This document shows positions 18,912-28,989 of a DNA stretch of 64,000 bases, piece after piece (position 1 is the first letter of the stretch; each line of letters starts with the position of its first letter). The translations under genes were made by a program, and so were the position numbers. Below the pieces are notes generated by a model. It was given only the letters and a program-made list of their open reading frames with translations. It had not been told where the DNA came from and did no database searches. Source of the DNA: an uncultured Candidatus Rokubacteria bacterium (GTDB taxonomy: Bacteria; Methylomirabilota; Methylomirabilia; Rokubacteriales; DASRDR01). The DNA lies in assembly GCA_963805625.1 (NCBI GenBank), contig CAWDVE010000018.1:32001-96000 (forward strand), in the 5' to 3' direction.

Positions 18912-19925
18912 ATGAGGCGATCGCTTCGGCTCCTGGCCCTCGTGCTGGTGCTCGCCTTCGCCGCGCTTCCCGCCGGAACCGGCCTCCCGGACGCCCAGGC
19001 CCAGGCGGCCAAGACGAAGGTGACGGTCTTCGAGGCCTGGTTCATCCACAACGAGTCGATGGGGACGCCGACGGCGGTCGAGAAAGGCTTGTTCGAGGGT
19101 CTCGACGTCAAGGTGGTGGGTGGCGGCCCGGGGCTGTCCTCCATCGACCGGGTGATGGCGGAAAGCAAGGGCGGCGGCGTCGCGTTCGGGGTGGACTACC
19201 CCTACAACGTTCTGGAGGCGCGCGAGAAGCAGAAGCTCCCGCTGGTCGTCGTCGCCCACGATTTCCAGAAGTCGGCGGTGCGGCTCATCTCGTGGAAGGA
19301 GATCAAGAGCGCGAAGGACATCGAGGGCACCGTCGCCACCTGGATCGGCTACGACAAGCAGGTGAAGGCCGCGATCGGGCCGGACTGGGCGAAGCGCATC
19401 AAGGTCGTCAACCAGCAGGGCGACCCCGCGACGATCGGCTCGTGGCTCAAGAAGGACTACCCCTTTGCGCACGCGATGATCTACAACGAGATCCTCGTCG
19501 CCAAGCGGATGGCGAAGGACAAGTACTGGACGTACTCGTTCTCGGACTTCGGGATCGACTGGCCGGAGAACGTGGTGTTCACGACCGAGGAGACCATCAA
19601 GAAGCATCCCAAGGTCATCCAGGCCTTCCTGGCCGGGCGGTACAAGGGCTACAAGCACGCCCTGGCCAACCGCGACGAGGCTGTGCAGATCCTCCTCAAG
19701 TACAACAGCAACCTGAAGGGACAGGAGAAGCACGAGCTGGAGGGGATGGAGGCCATCGCGTCGGTCATGGTGACGCCCGACACGAAGGCCAAGGGCCTCG
19801 GGTACATCAACCCGGCTGGCTGGGACCGGGTGGCCCGTGACCTCAGCAAGGCCGGGTTCTACCCCTCGGCGCCCGACGTCAAGGCGGCCTACACCGCGGA
19901 GTTCCCGAGCGGGGTGACTCCCTAG
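18912..19925 (+). CDS. NMT1/THI5-like substrate-binding protein
   Basis: AAGGAGG RBS, signal peptide, GGGPG motif, flanked by permease and ATPase. Confidence 0.85.
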   Translation: MRRSLRLLALVLVLAFAALPAGTGLPDAQAQAAKTKVTVFEAWFIHNESMGTPTAVEKGLFEGLDVKVVGGGPGLSSIDRVMAESKGGGVAFGVDYPYNVLEAREKQKLPLVVVAHDFQKSAVRLISWKEIKSAKDIEGTVATWIGYDKQVKAAIGPDWAKRIKVVNQQGDPATIGSWLKKDYPFAHAMIYNEILVAKRMAKDKYWTYSFSDFGIDWPENVVFTTEETIKKHPKVIQAFLAGRYKGYKHALANRDEAVQILLKYNSNLKGQEKHELEGMEAIASVMVTPDTKAKGLGYINPAGWDRVARDLSKAGFYPSAPDVKAAYTAEFPSGVTP

Positions 19926-19941
19926 GCCCGAGCCGGGGGAG

Positions 19942-20775
19942 ATGGCCCCGCCGCTCGTCCGGCTCGAGCGGGTCTCGAAGCGCTACGAAGTCGCCCGGCG
20001 GCCGGGGCCCGCCGGCGTCGAGGAGGAGACCGCACTGCAGGCGGTCACCGACTTCACGCTCGACGTGGGGGCGGGGGAGTTCGTCTCCATCATCGGTCCC
20101 TCCGGGTGCGGCAAGACCACGGTGCTGTTCCTCCTGGCCGGCCTGCGACCGCCCAGCGCCGGCCACGTGGAGGTCTGCGGCCAGCCCGCCGCCAATGCGA
20201 TGCGGAGCGGGCTGGCAAGCGTCATCTTCCAGCAGCCCGTCCTCTTCGAGTGGCTGACGGTGGAGGACAACGTCCTCCTCCCGCTGCGGATGCGGGACCC
20301 GCGCTGGTGGGCGTGGCCGCTTCGCCGGCGGGGCTACGCGGCGCGCGCCCATGAGGCCCTGGCCACGGTCGAGCTCGACGCGTTCGCCCACTACCGGCCA
20401 GACGCCCTGTCCGGGGGCATGCAGCAGCGCGTGGCGATCGCGCGGGCGCTGACGCTGGCGCCCCGGGTCCTGCTGCTCGACGAGCCCTTCGGGGCGCTGG
20501 ACGAGCTCACGCGCGATCGGATGAACCAAGAGCTGCTCCGGCTCTGGGAGGCACGTGGTCTCAGCATTGTCTTCGTGACGCACTCGATCGAGGAGGCGGT
20601 CTTCCTCTCCGACCGCGTCGTCGTGATGGGCCGGGCGCGCTCGGAAAAGACCGGCTCCAGCATCGTGCGGATCGTCGACGTGGACTTGCCCCGGCCGCGT
20701 CGCCTGGCGGTGAAGGAGGAGGTCGCCTTCTTCCAGAAGGTGCGCGAGGGGCGCGAGGCGCTCCGGGAGGCGTAG
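19942..20775 (+). CDS. NitT/TauT ABC ATP-binding protein
   Basis: GPSGCGKTT, LSGGMQQR, LDEPFGALD. Confidence 0.95.
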   Translation: MAPPLVRLERVSKRYEVARRPGPAGVEEETALQAVTDFTLDVGAGEFVSIIGPSGCGKTTVLFLLAGLRPPSAGHVEVCGQPAANAMRSGLASVIFQQPVLFEWLTVEDNVLLPLRMRDPRWWAWPLRRRGYAARAHEALATVELDAFAHYRPDALSGGMQQRVAIARALTLAPRVLLLDEPFGALDELTRDRMNQELLRLWEARGLSIVFVTHSIEEAVFLSDRVVVMGRARSEKTGSSIVRIVDVDLPRPRRLAVKEEVAFFQKVREGREALREA

Positions 20776-21016
20776 CCCTGTAAGGATTTGAACTCTCCAC
20801 TCCTGCTGCGAACGTGTGCTGCTAGCGACCGGCTCCGGCCGCGCGCGGCTCACGGCGCGTCGCGTTGGAAGCCATTGTTCTGTGGCATGGGTACTTGAAA
20901 GCGCTGCTTAGACAGACCGACAACGATAATGCGAGCACGGTCGGCGCGAAACAGGCCGGCGCGCCAAGGCGTCCTAGGTGAGCTATGATGGGCAGTCTGT
21001 CCGGGGAGAAACGACC

Positions 21017-21569
21017 ATGACACCCCTCAGATTGGCTGGTCTTGTGATCGCGACTCTGCTCGCGGTGCCTCATGCCGGTCGACGACGAACGCAAGAAGGT
21101 CTTGGACTTCGACAGCCCTTATCATCTCCTGCAAAGCACCTATTTGGTGGCGCCCGGCTCGCCCATCCACACGCTTGCGGATGCCAACCGCGCCGGCGTG
21201 CGCATCTTCGGTGCGCAGGATACGGCGACCTTCCGCGCCTCCAACCGCGCCTCGCCCAACGCCACCCATACCGCGGTTGCCGGGCCCGTCAACGCGATCG
21301 AAACGATGCTGGCGGGCAAGGCCGATGCGATCGCGCTCGGGCGCGCATCGCTCGGCGGCATCGCCGCCAAGATTCCGGGCTCGCGCATCCTCGAGGGCGG
21401 CTTTCTCAATTCCACGACCGCCATCGCCGTGCCGAAAGGAAAGCCCGCGGCGCTGGCTTACGTGAGCGCGTTTGTCGAGGAGGCAAAGGCGTCGGGCCTG
21501 GTGCGCCGCGGCTTGGACAGCGTCGGGCTGACGAACGAGCAGGTTGCGCCGGCGGGCATGAAACCATAG
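21017..21569 (+). pseudogene. Family-3 (polar amino acid) substrate-binding protein with internal deletion
   Basis: RBS and signal peptide MTPLRLAGLVIATLLAV join out of frame to the mid-protein MPVDDERKKVLDFDSPY. Confidence 0.7.
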
Positions 21570-21747
21570 TTGTTGCGAAGACAGGCCACGCAACATCACC
21601 TCTCCGCGCGCGGATGGCTAAATTCACGGCCCCCGCTTCACGTACTCGCCGAGAACGCATTCAGTCCGCCATCGTGATTCGCCGTCGGCCGACTAAGATC
21701 GTCGTCCAGTGACGGAGCGCCCAGCCTCGAGTGGTGGGACCGGATCG

Positions 21748-24700
21748 ATGCCTGAGGCTCCGGCCCGGCTCCGGGTTGGGATCGACACCGGCGGCACGTT
21801 CACCGACGTCGTCGCCGTGGAAGAGGCGACGGGCGAGATCTTCGCGACCAAGACGCCATCCAGGCCCGAGGATCCGTCGCTCGCCGTGCTGGAAGGGCTG
21901 CGGAAGGTCCTGCGGCTCGCCGGGGCGCCGGCCGGCGCGGTGGTGGCGGTCTCGCACGGGACGACGGTCGCGACGAACGCGCTCCTGGAGGAGCGGTTCG
22001 ACGAGCTCGGGCTGGTGACGACCGAGGGGTTCCGGCACGTCCTCGAGATCGCGCGGCAGAGCGTCCCGCAGGGCTACGGCAACTCCTACTTCTGGGTGAA
22101 GCCGGCGCGGATCGTGCCGCTGCACTGCGTGCGCGAGGTCCCGGAGCGCGTGAGCCACCGGGGCGAGGTCCTGCGGGAGTTCGATGAGTCGGCGGCGGCC
22201 GAGGTGGCCGGGTGGTGCCGGCGCCGGGGCATCTCGGCGATCGGCGTGAGCTTTCTCCACGGCTACGCCAACCCGGCGCACGAGCAGCGGATGCGGGCAG
22301 CGCTCGCCCGCGTGCACCCGGAGGCGCACGTCTCGCTCTCCTCCGAGGTGTGGCCGGAGTACCGGGAGTACGAGCGCACCGTAACGACACTGGTCGACGC
22401 CTTCGCCAAGGGCCGTGTGTCCGGCTACGTGGAGCGGATCGGGGCCCGGCTCGCCACGGAGCTCGGGCCCGGCGTGCCCTTCCAGGTGATGAAGTCCAAC
22501 GGCGGCGTGATCTCCGCCCGCGAGGTCGTCAGCCACCCGATCACCACCATCCTGAGCGGACCGGCCGCCGGCGCGCTCGGCGCCGCGTTTCTGGCCGCCG
22601 CCGCCGGCTTCGAGCGCATCCTCACCATGGATGCGGGCGGGACCAGCACCGACGTCTGCCTGGTCGAGGGTGGCGAACCGGGGCTCACCACCGATGGCAC
22701 CGTCGGCCGGTTCCCTGTCAAGGTGCCGATGATCGATCTCGTCACGGTCGGGACGGGCGGCGGCTCGATCGCCTCGCGCGCGCCCGACGGCGGCCTCAAG
22801 GTCGGGCCGGCCAGCGCGGGCGCGGACCCCGGGCCCATGTGCTACGGCCGCGGCGGCACGCGGCCCACCGTCACCGACGCCCAGCTCGTCCTCGGACGCA
22901 TCCCGCAGCATCTCCTCGGCGGCGAGGTGCCGCTGTCGCTCGAGCTCGCCCGGAAGGGCATCGAGGCCCTCGCCGCGGAGCTCAGCCTCACCCCCGAGCG
23001 CACGGCCGAGGGCATCCTCGAGATCGCGGTTTGGAACCAGGCCAACGCCGTCGAGCAGATGAGCGTCAAGCGCGGCCTCGATCCGCGGGATTACACGCTG
23101 GTGGCGTTCGGCGGCTCCGGTCCTCTCCAGGCGGGCCGCCTCGTCGAGCTGCTGGGCCTGCGCGCGGCTCTCATTCCTGCGTCGCCCGGCACGGTCTCCG
23201 CCTTCGGCCTTCTCACCGTCGACCTCAAGAACGACTACGTCCAGACCGCCGTGCAGCGCCACGACCGGCTCGATCTCGCCCTCGTCAACGGCCACCTGGC
23301 GCGGCTCGAGGCGAAGGCGGCCGCGGCACTCGCCCGCGAAGGCGTGCCGGAGTCGGCGCGCCGTCTGGTCCGCCTGGCCGACCTCCGGTACTTCGGCCAG
23401 GCGTGGGAAGTCACCGTGGCGCTGCCGTCCGGTGCGATCGACGCCGCGGGCGCCGCCGAGACCGTGGAGCGCTTCCACGCCGCCCACGAGAAGCGCTACG
23501 GCTACAGCTATCGGGGCGAGCGTCCGGATGCGAGCGGGACCCGACAAGGGGTCGAATGGGTGAACGTGAGGGTCGTGGGTGTCGGCGTGACCGGGCGTCC
23601 GACGCCGCGGGCGCTCGCCGTCGGCGACGGGCACGCCGAGCGCGCCCGGACGGGAACGCGGCGCGTCGGGTTCGCCGGGGGAGACGTCGAGTGCCCCGTG
23701 TACGATCGCGCGCGGCTCCAGCCGGGCGATCGCCTGGCCGGCCCCGCGATCGTGGAGGAGTTCGGCGCCACGACCGTCGTCTGCCCCGGCCAGCGCGTCG
23801 AGGTCGACCGCTTCGGCAACATGATCCTGACCAGCGCGGCCGTGGCCACCCCCGCGCATAGGGCCGATGCTGGGACCGACACGATGCCCGGAGAGGCGCC
23901 GGCCAGCCCCGGGATCCAGCCCGCCCCCCCAGATCCCATCATTCTCCAGATTGTGCAGGGGACGCTGACCTCGGTCGAGGCGGAGGTCGAGGCGGCCATC
24001 GAGCGGACCGCCCGGTCGCCGATGATCCGGGAGGCGCGGGACTTCCGGGCTGGCATCCATGACCGGCACTGCAGGAAACTCACCGGCCGCTCGTACTCGT
24101 CCCTCGTCCAGCCGGTGGTGCGGGACTTCCCGCCGGACACGATGCGGCCCGGCGACGTCTACTTCCACAACGACGTCTACGAGTCGGAGGGCGGGATCGG
24201 CCATCTCCCCGACCTCTGCGTGACGGTGCCGGTCTTCGATCCTCATCAGGGAGACCGAGTGGTCGCGTTCGTTCAGGCGTTCGGGCACCACGACGACATT
24301 GGCGGGGCCGTGCCCGGCTCGATGCCGTCCCACGCCACGAGCGCCCACCAGGAAGGTCTGATGGTCCCGCCGGTCAAGCTCTACGACGCGGGTCGCCCGA
24401 ACCGCGACGTGCTCCGGATCCTCGTGCGGAACTCGCGGCTCCCCGACAGCCTCCGCGGCGACCTCGACAGCGAGGTCTCGGCCTGCCGGCTGGGCGCCGC
24501 GCGGCTCGGCGCGCTCTTTGGCCGGTACGGCGCGGCCCAGGTCGAGGCGTGCTTCGAGGCGATCCTCGCGCGGACGACTGAGACCTTCCGCCGGGAGCTC
24601 CTCGCCCGGATCCCCGATGGCACCCACACGTGGGAGGACTACGCCGAGCACGACGGCGTCGACCCGCCCCGGCTACACGCGCAGCGCATCACCATGACCA

Positions 24701-25803
24701 AGGCCGGCGGCCGCCTGATCCTCGACTTCACGGGCACGAGCCCCCAGGCCCGGGGGCCAATCAACCACGCCGGCAACTACGCCGACGGCGTGTTCCTCAA
24801 GAAGTGGCTCGCCCCGATCCTGCGCAACCTCGCCGACACGCCCGAGCGGATGGCCGAGCTGGACGTCAACGAGGGGGTCGTCCCGCTGATCGAGCTTCGG
24901 TTCCCGCCGCCCGGGACCCTGCTGACGCCGGTCTTCCCGGCTCCGACCAACGCGCGTACGTTCGTCATCCTGCGCCTGCTCGGGGTGCTCGCCGGCGTCC
25001 TTGCCAAGGCCACCGGGGGCCGCATGCCGGCCGACCAGGAGACGATCCGCTACACGGGCTTTCACGGCACGGATCCCGAGGGCGAGTTCTACCTGATGCG
25101 CGAGGTGCTCGGAGGCGGGTCGGGCGGCCGGCACTACGCGGAGGGCTCCGACGTCGTGCACATCGTGCCGGACAGCAAGAACCTGCCCGTCGAGTTCACG
25201 GAGACGCGCTTCCCGCTCCGGATCGAGCGGCTCGCCCTGGCGACGGACTCCGGCGGCGCGGGCCGGCGGCGTGGCGGGCTCGGCTACCTGAAGGAGTTCC
25301 GCACCCTCGCGGACAGCTACTTCCTCTCGGTGGCCGACCGCTCGATCCTCTCCTGTTGGGGACTTGAGGGCGGCCGGGCGGGGCAGCCGTTCCGGGTGAC
25401 GGTCGACCCGGGCGGTAGGGGCGAGCGCGTCCTGCCCGGCCTGGTCGACGATGAGCCGATCCCGGCGGGGACGCTCGTGCGCGTCGAGACAACCGGCGGC
25501 GGCGGCTGGGGCGATCCCCTCGAGCGTGAGCCGTCGCGCGTGATCCTCGACGTGGTCCAGGGCAAGGTCTCGGCGCGGGCGGCCCGGGAGGAGTACGGGG
25601 TGGTCCTGGTCCCGGATCCCCACGGCGAGGTGAGCCACGACGCGGATGCCACCGCCGCGCTACGGGACCGGCTTCGAGAAACACGTGGGCGGCTGCCGTT
25701 CTTCGATCGGGGGCCGGGCTACCGGCGCCTCGCCGGCCGGGACCAGGCTGACGTCGACCTCCTCGATCCGGCGGGGGCTGGGCTGGAGCCCGAGCGGCCG
25801 TGA
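21748..25803 (+). CDS. Fused hydantoinase A+B / 5-oxoprolinase-type ATP-dependent amidohydrolase
   Basis: IDTGGTFTD, HGTTVATN, SGPAAG, DAGGTSTD in the A half; HLPD, HHDDIGG, DSGGAG, GGGGWGDP in the B half; alternative start 21709. Confidence 0.95.
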   Translation: MPEAPARLRVGIDTGGTFTDVVAVEEATGEIFATKTPSRPEDPSLAVLEGLRKVLRLAGAPAGAVVAVSHGTTVATNALLEERFDELGLVTTEGFRHVLEIARQSVPQGYGNSYFWVKPARIVPLHCVREVPERVSHRGEVLREFDESAAAEVAGWCRRRGISAIGVSFLHGYANPAHEQRMRAALARVHPEAHVSLSSEVWPEYREYERTVTTLVDAFAKGRVSGYVERIGARLATELGPGVPFQVMKSNGGVISAREVVSHPITTILSGPAAGALGAAFLAAAAGFERILTMDAGGTSTDVCLVEGGEPGLTTDGTVGRFPVKVPMIDLVTVGTGGGSIASRAPDGGLKVGPASAGADPGPMCYGRGGTRPTVTDAQLVLGRIPQHLLGGEVPLSLELARKGIEALAAELSLTPERTAEGILEIAVWNQANAVEQMSVKRGLDPRDYTLVAFGGSGPLQAGRLVELLGLRAALIPASPGTVSAFGLLTVDLKNDYVQTAVQRHDRLDLALVNGHLARLEAKAAAALAREGVPESARRLVRLADLRYFGQAWEVTVALPSGAIDAAGAAETVERFHAAHEKRYGYSYRGERPDASGTRQGVEWVNVRVVGVGVTGRPTPRALAVGDGHAERARTGTRRVGFAGGDVECPVYDRARLQPGDRLAGPAIVEEFGATTVVCPGQRVEVDRFGNMILTSAAVATPAHRADAGTDTMPGEAPASPGIQPAPPDPIILQIVQGTLTSVEAEVEAAIERTARSPMIREARDFRAGIHDRHCRKLTGRSYSSLVQPVVRDFPPDTMRPGDVYFHNDVYESEGGIGHLPDLCVTVPVFDPHQGDRVVAFVQAFGHHDDIGGAVPGSMPSHATSAHQEGLMVPPVKLYDAGRPNRDVLRILVRNSRLPDSLRGDLDSEVSACRLGAARLGALFGRYGAAQVEACFEAILARTTETFRRELLARIPDGTHTWEDYAEHDGVDPPRLHAQRITMTKAGGRLILDFTGTSPQARGPINHAGNYADGVFLKKWLAPILRNLADTPERMAELDVNEGVVPLIELRFPPPGTLLTPVFPAPTNARTFVILRLLGVLAGVLAKATGGRMPADQETIRYTGFHGTDPEGEFYLMREVLGGGSGGRHYAEGSDVVHIVPDSKNLPVEFTETRFPLRIERLALATDSGGAGRRRGGLGYLKEFRTLADSYFLSVADRSILSCWGLEGGRAGQPFRVTVDPGGRGERVLPGLVDDEPIPAGTLVRVETTGGGGWGDPLEREPSRVILDVVQGKVSARAAREEYGVVLVPDPHGEVSHDADATAALRDRLRETRGRLPFFDRGPGYRRLAGRDQADVDLLDPAGAGLEPERP

Positions 25804-26678
25804 AGCCCCCCGTCTTCGAGTACACGGCGGTCAGCTCGATCGACGAGGCCGTTGCCGAGCTCGGGCAGCACGGCGATGCGGCGAAGCTCCTCGCCGGGGG
25901 CCAGAGCCTTGTCCCGCTCCTGAACATGCGACTGGCCACGCCCGAGCGCCTGATCGATCTCAACCGCGTGGCGGAGCTCGTGTACATCACGGTTCGCAGC
26001 GGCGGCCTTGCCGTAGGGGCGATGACGCGGCAGCGGGCCGTGGAGCGCAGCGCGCTCGCCGCCACGCACGTTCCCCTCCTGAGCGACGCGCTCCCTTGGG
26101 TGGGACACTTCCAGATCCGGAACCGCGGGACCCTGGGGGGCAGCCTGAGCCATGCCGACCCGGCCGCCGAGCTGCCGGCGGTGGCTCTCTGCCTAGACGC
26201 CCGCTTCACCGTCCGGGGGCCGGCGGGCGAGCGGACGCTCGTGGCGCAGGAGTTCTTCTTGACCCAGTTGACTACGGCTCTCGCGCCGACCGAGCTGCTC
26301 ACCGAGGCCTGGTTCCCCGCGATCCCGCGGAACTCGGGTTCGGCCTGGCTCGAGCTGGCCCGGCGCCACGGGGATTACGCGCTCGTCGGCGTGGGGGCGG
26401 TCGTGACGATGTCGGGCGACGAAATCGGGGAGGCGCGGATCGCCCTGACCGGGGTGGGGGACCGGCCCATCCGGGCGCGCGAGGCCGAGGCGCAACTCAT
26501 GGGTGAGTCGCCCACGCCGAGCATGCTGGCCGAGGCTGTCGAGGCTGTCCGGCGGGCGATCGACCCGGGGAGCGACATCCACGCGACCGCGGCGTACCGT
26601 CGGCACATCGCCGGCGTGCTCACCGGGCGGGCCATCCGGCTCGCCGTGGCGCGTGCGACGGGAGCCGAGCGTGCCTGA
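25800..26678 (+). CDS. Mo-hydroxylase FAD subunit (CoxM-like)
   Basis: [26 protein letters not shown]. Confidence 0.95.
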   Translation: MKPPVFEYTAVSSIDEAVAELGQHGDAAKLLAGGQSLVPLLNMRLATPERLIDLNRVAELVYITVRSGGLAVGAMTRQRAVERSALAATHVPLLSDALPWVGHFQIRNRGTLGGSLSHADPAAELPAVALCLDARFTVRGPAGERTLVAQEFFLTQLTTALAPTELLTEAWFPAIPRNSGSAWLELARRHGDYALVGVGAVVTMSGDEIGEARIALTGVGDRPIRAREAEAQLMGESPTPSMLAEAVEAVRRAIDPGSDIHATAAYRRHIAGVLTGRAIRLAVARATGAERA

Positions 26679-26741
26679 CCGCCGGGCTCGGTCTCAGGGC
26701 CCCCGTCCCCCAAAGGGTGGAGCGGCGTGCGGGGGTCCGGA

Positions 26742-27239
26742 ATGACGCCAGCCCCGCTCGAGATGTGCCTGCGGGTCAACGGGCGCGAGCACGCGGAAAC
26801 AGTGCCGCCGCGCCTCTTGCTCTCGGACTTCCTCCGCCACCGCCTGGGCCTGACCGGCACCCACGTCGGGTGCGAGCACGGCGTCTGCGGGGCCTGCACT
26901 GTGCTCCTCGACGGCGAGGCGGTGCGGTCGTGCCTGCTCCTCGCCATCCAGGCCGCCGGCGCCGAGGTGACGACCGTCGAGGGGCTGGCGGAGGCGGACG
27001 GCCCGCTCCATCCGGTCCAGCAGGCCTTCCACGAGATGCACGCGCTCCAGTGCGGGTTCTGCACGCCGGGGTTTCTCCTGTCGGTCGTCGCCTTCCTGCG
27101 GGACGTACCTGCACCCTCGGACGACGAGATCCGGCGCGGGCTGGCGGGCAATCTCTGTCGCTGTACCGGCTACCAGAACATCGTGCGGGCCGTCCGGCGG
27201 GCGAGCGAGCTCCTGGCGGACCCGCCGCCGCCCGCCTGA
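26742..27239 (+). CDS. Mo-hydroxylase 2Fe-2S subunit (CoxS-like)
   Basis: [23 protein letters not shown]. Confidence 0.95.
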   Translation: MTPAPLEMCLRVNGREHAETVPPRLLLSDFLRHRLGLTGTHVGCEHGVCGACTVLLDGEAVRSCLLLAIQAAGAEVTTVEGLAEADGPLHPVQQAFHEMHALQCGFCTPGFLLSVVAFLRDVPAPSDDEIRRGLAGNLCRCTGYQNIVRAVRRASELLADPPPPA

Positions 27240-27283
27240 CGGGCGCGGGCGAACGAGACCCTCTGACCACGGAGAACCAGGCG

Positions 27284-28378
27284 ATGGCAACCGAGGTAGC
27301 CAAGGTCGAGCTCAAGACGGTGCAGGACGCCTCCGGTCTCGAGGCAGCGATCCTCGCGGGGCGGTTCACCGCCGACCAGGTCGTGGCGGTGGTCGGCAAG
27401 ACCGAGGGCAATGGCGGCGTCAACGACTTCACCCGCATCCTCGCCGACCAGGCCTTCCGGCGTGTGCTACAGCAATACGGGCGCCGCAGCGCCGAGGAGG
27501 TCGCGCGGGTGCCCATGGTGTGGTCGGGCGGGTGCGATGGCGTGCTCACCCCGCACGCCACCGTGTTCGCGCGGAACGAGCGGCGGGGACCGGCTGGCCA
27601 GCCGCGGCTCGTCATCGGCGCCGCGATGAGCGCCGAGCTCTTGCCCGAAGACATCGGCCGGCCGGCCATGGTCGAGAAGGTCGCCGAGGGGGTGCGAGCC
27701 GCGATGCGGGACGCCGACCTCCAGGACGCGGCCGACGTGCACTACGTCCAGACGAAGACGCCGCTCCTCACGATCGAGTCCGTGGCCGACGCTCACCGCC
27801 GGGGCCACGGCGTGGCCTGCAAGGTCCACGAATCCATGGATGTCTCGAACGGCACGACCGCGCTCGGCATCGCCGTCGCGCTCGGCGAGATCCCGATGCC
27901 GCGCGCCGAGCAGATTTGCCAGGACTTCGACCTCTATTCATCGGTCGCCTCGTGCTCATCCGGTGTGGAGCTGACGCGGGCCCAGATCGTGCTGATGGGC
28001 AACCGGGCGGGCGCCGGCGGCCGGTACCGGATCGGCCACAGCGTGATGAAGGACGCCCTGGATCTCGACGGGATCTACGAGGCGATCCGGGATGCGGGCC
28101 TGGACCTGCCGGCCCGGCCTCGCGCTGAGGACCTCGGCGGGCGTCTCGTCAACTGCTTCGTGAAGTGCGAGGCGGACCACCGCGGGGTGCTGCGCGGCCG
28201 CCGCCAGATCATGCTCGACGACTCGGACGTACACCACCACCGCCACGCCAAGGCGGCGGTCGGGGCCGTGGTGGCAGCCGCCATCGGCGATCCCGCCGTC
28301 TTCGTCTCGGTCGGGGCCATGCACCAGGGGCCCCACGGCGGCGGGCCGGTCGTCGCGATCGTCAACGTCGGGGAGTGA
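27284..28378 (+). CDS. Barbiturase (ring-opening amidohydrolase, AtzD/Bar family)
   Basis: [37 protein letters not shown]: barbiturase-type rather than cyanuric acid hydrolase-type variants. Confidence 0.88.
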   Translation: MATEVAKVELKTVQDASGLEAAILAGRFTADQVVAVVGKTEGNGGVNDFTRILADQAFRRVLQQYGRRSAEEVARVPMVWSGGCDGVLTPHATVFARNERRGPAGQPRLVIGAAMSAELLPEDIGRPAMVEKVAEGVRAAMRDADLQDAADVHYVQTKTPLLTIESVADAHRRGHGVACKVHESMDVSNGTTALGIAVALGEIPMPRAEQICQDFDLYSSVASCSSGVELTRAQIVLMGNRAGAGGRYRIGHSVMKDALDLDGIYEAIRDAGLDLPARPRAEDLGGRLVNCFVKCEADHRGVLRGRRQIMLDDSDVHHHRHAKAAVGAVVAAAIGDPAVFVSVGAMHQGPHGGGPVVAIVNVGE

Positions 28379-28778
28379 AGCGGCACCCCTGGAAGGTTGT
28401 CGATCGGATCGTGGACCCTGAGAAGGCTGGTCGCGTCTGGGGCTGGACCGCTGCGCCTAGGTGAACGGGCCATTCTCGACGCTGAGGCCGACAGATCCCA
28501 GGAGCGCGTCCCTCCGCGCGGGACCGGCCAGCGGGTGGTGAGGGCGGGTCGCCGCCGGAGGGTGACAGCCACGGTCGGCAACTCGTGGCGGCCGAATTTC
28601 TCGTATGCGATGCGCGATGTGTCAAAGGAGTCAGCGGGGCGCCGGGAAGCGCCTGCGCGACGGCTTCCCGCTGCCGTCGGACCGTGGTTGGGCCCTCGCC
28701 CGTGAGGTGATGGATCCACACCCGTGTGTCTCGTCGACCGCTCTCACCGTCGATCACTCGCAACACCCGTGTGGTCAT
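28362..28778 (-). CDS. Hypothetical small protein, possible mobile-element remnant
   Basis: Strong GAGGAGG RBS before ATG 28778; the 3' part looks degenerate. Confidence 0.35.
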   Translation of the reverse strand: MTTRVLRVIDGESGRRDTRVWIHHLTGEGPTTVRRQREAVAQALPGAPLTPLTHRASHTRNSAATSCRPWLSPSGGDPPSPPAGRSRAEGRAPGICRPQRREWPVHLGAAVQPQTRPAFSGSTIRSTTFQGCRFTPRR

Positions 28779-28989
28779 GGTTATCCTCCTCGGTCGGTCA
28801 ATCGTTGCCGCGTGGGCGCGCTACTCCGAGCAGATCGCTGAGCCGCCCAGCCACCGCCTTCACATCGTCGACCGCTTCGGCATCGGAACCGGCCAGGCCG
28901 CGTGCGACGAGGAGGCTCAATTCCACCTCATCCACGTCACCGAGCTGAGCGGGGAGCCTCGGCAGCACGGACACCCCGTCGAGAGATTC

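Noticed and set aside
21661-24651. 996-aa antisense ORF (likewise 28798-30483, 50368-52203, 61085-63664)
   Set aside because: High-GC antisense or off-frame shadows of real genes with no recognisable domains, apart from the tail noted at 28798-28990.
27284-28378. Cyanuric acid hydrolase (atzD) call
   Set aside because: The diagnostic motifs match the barbiturase branch.
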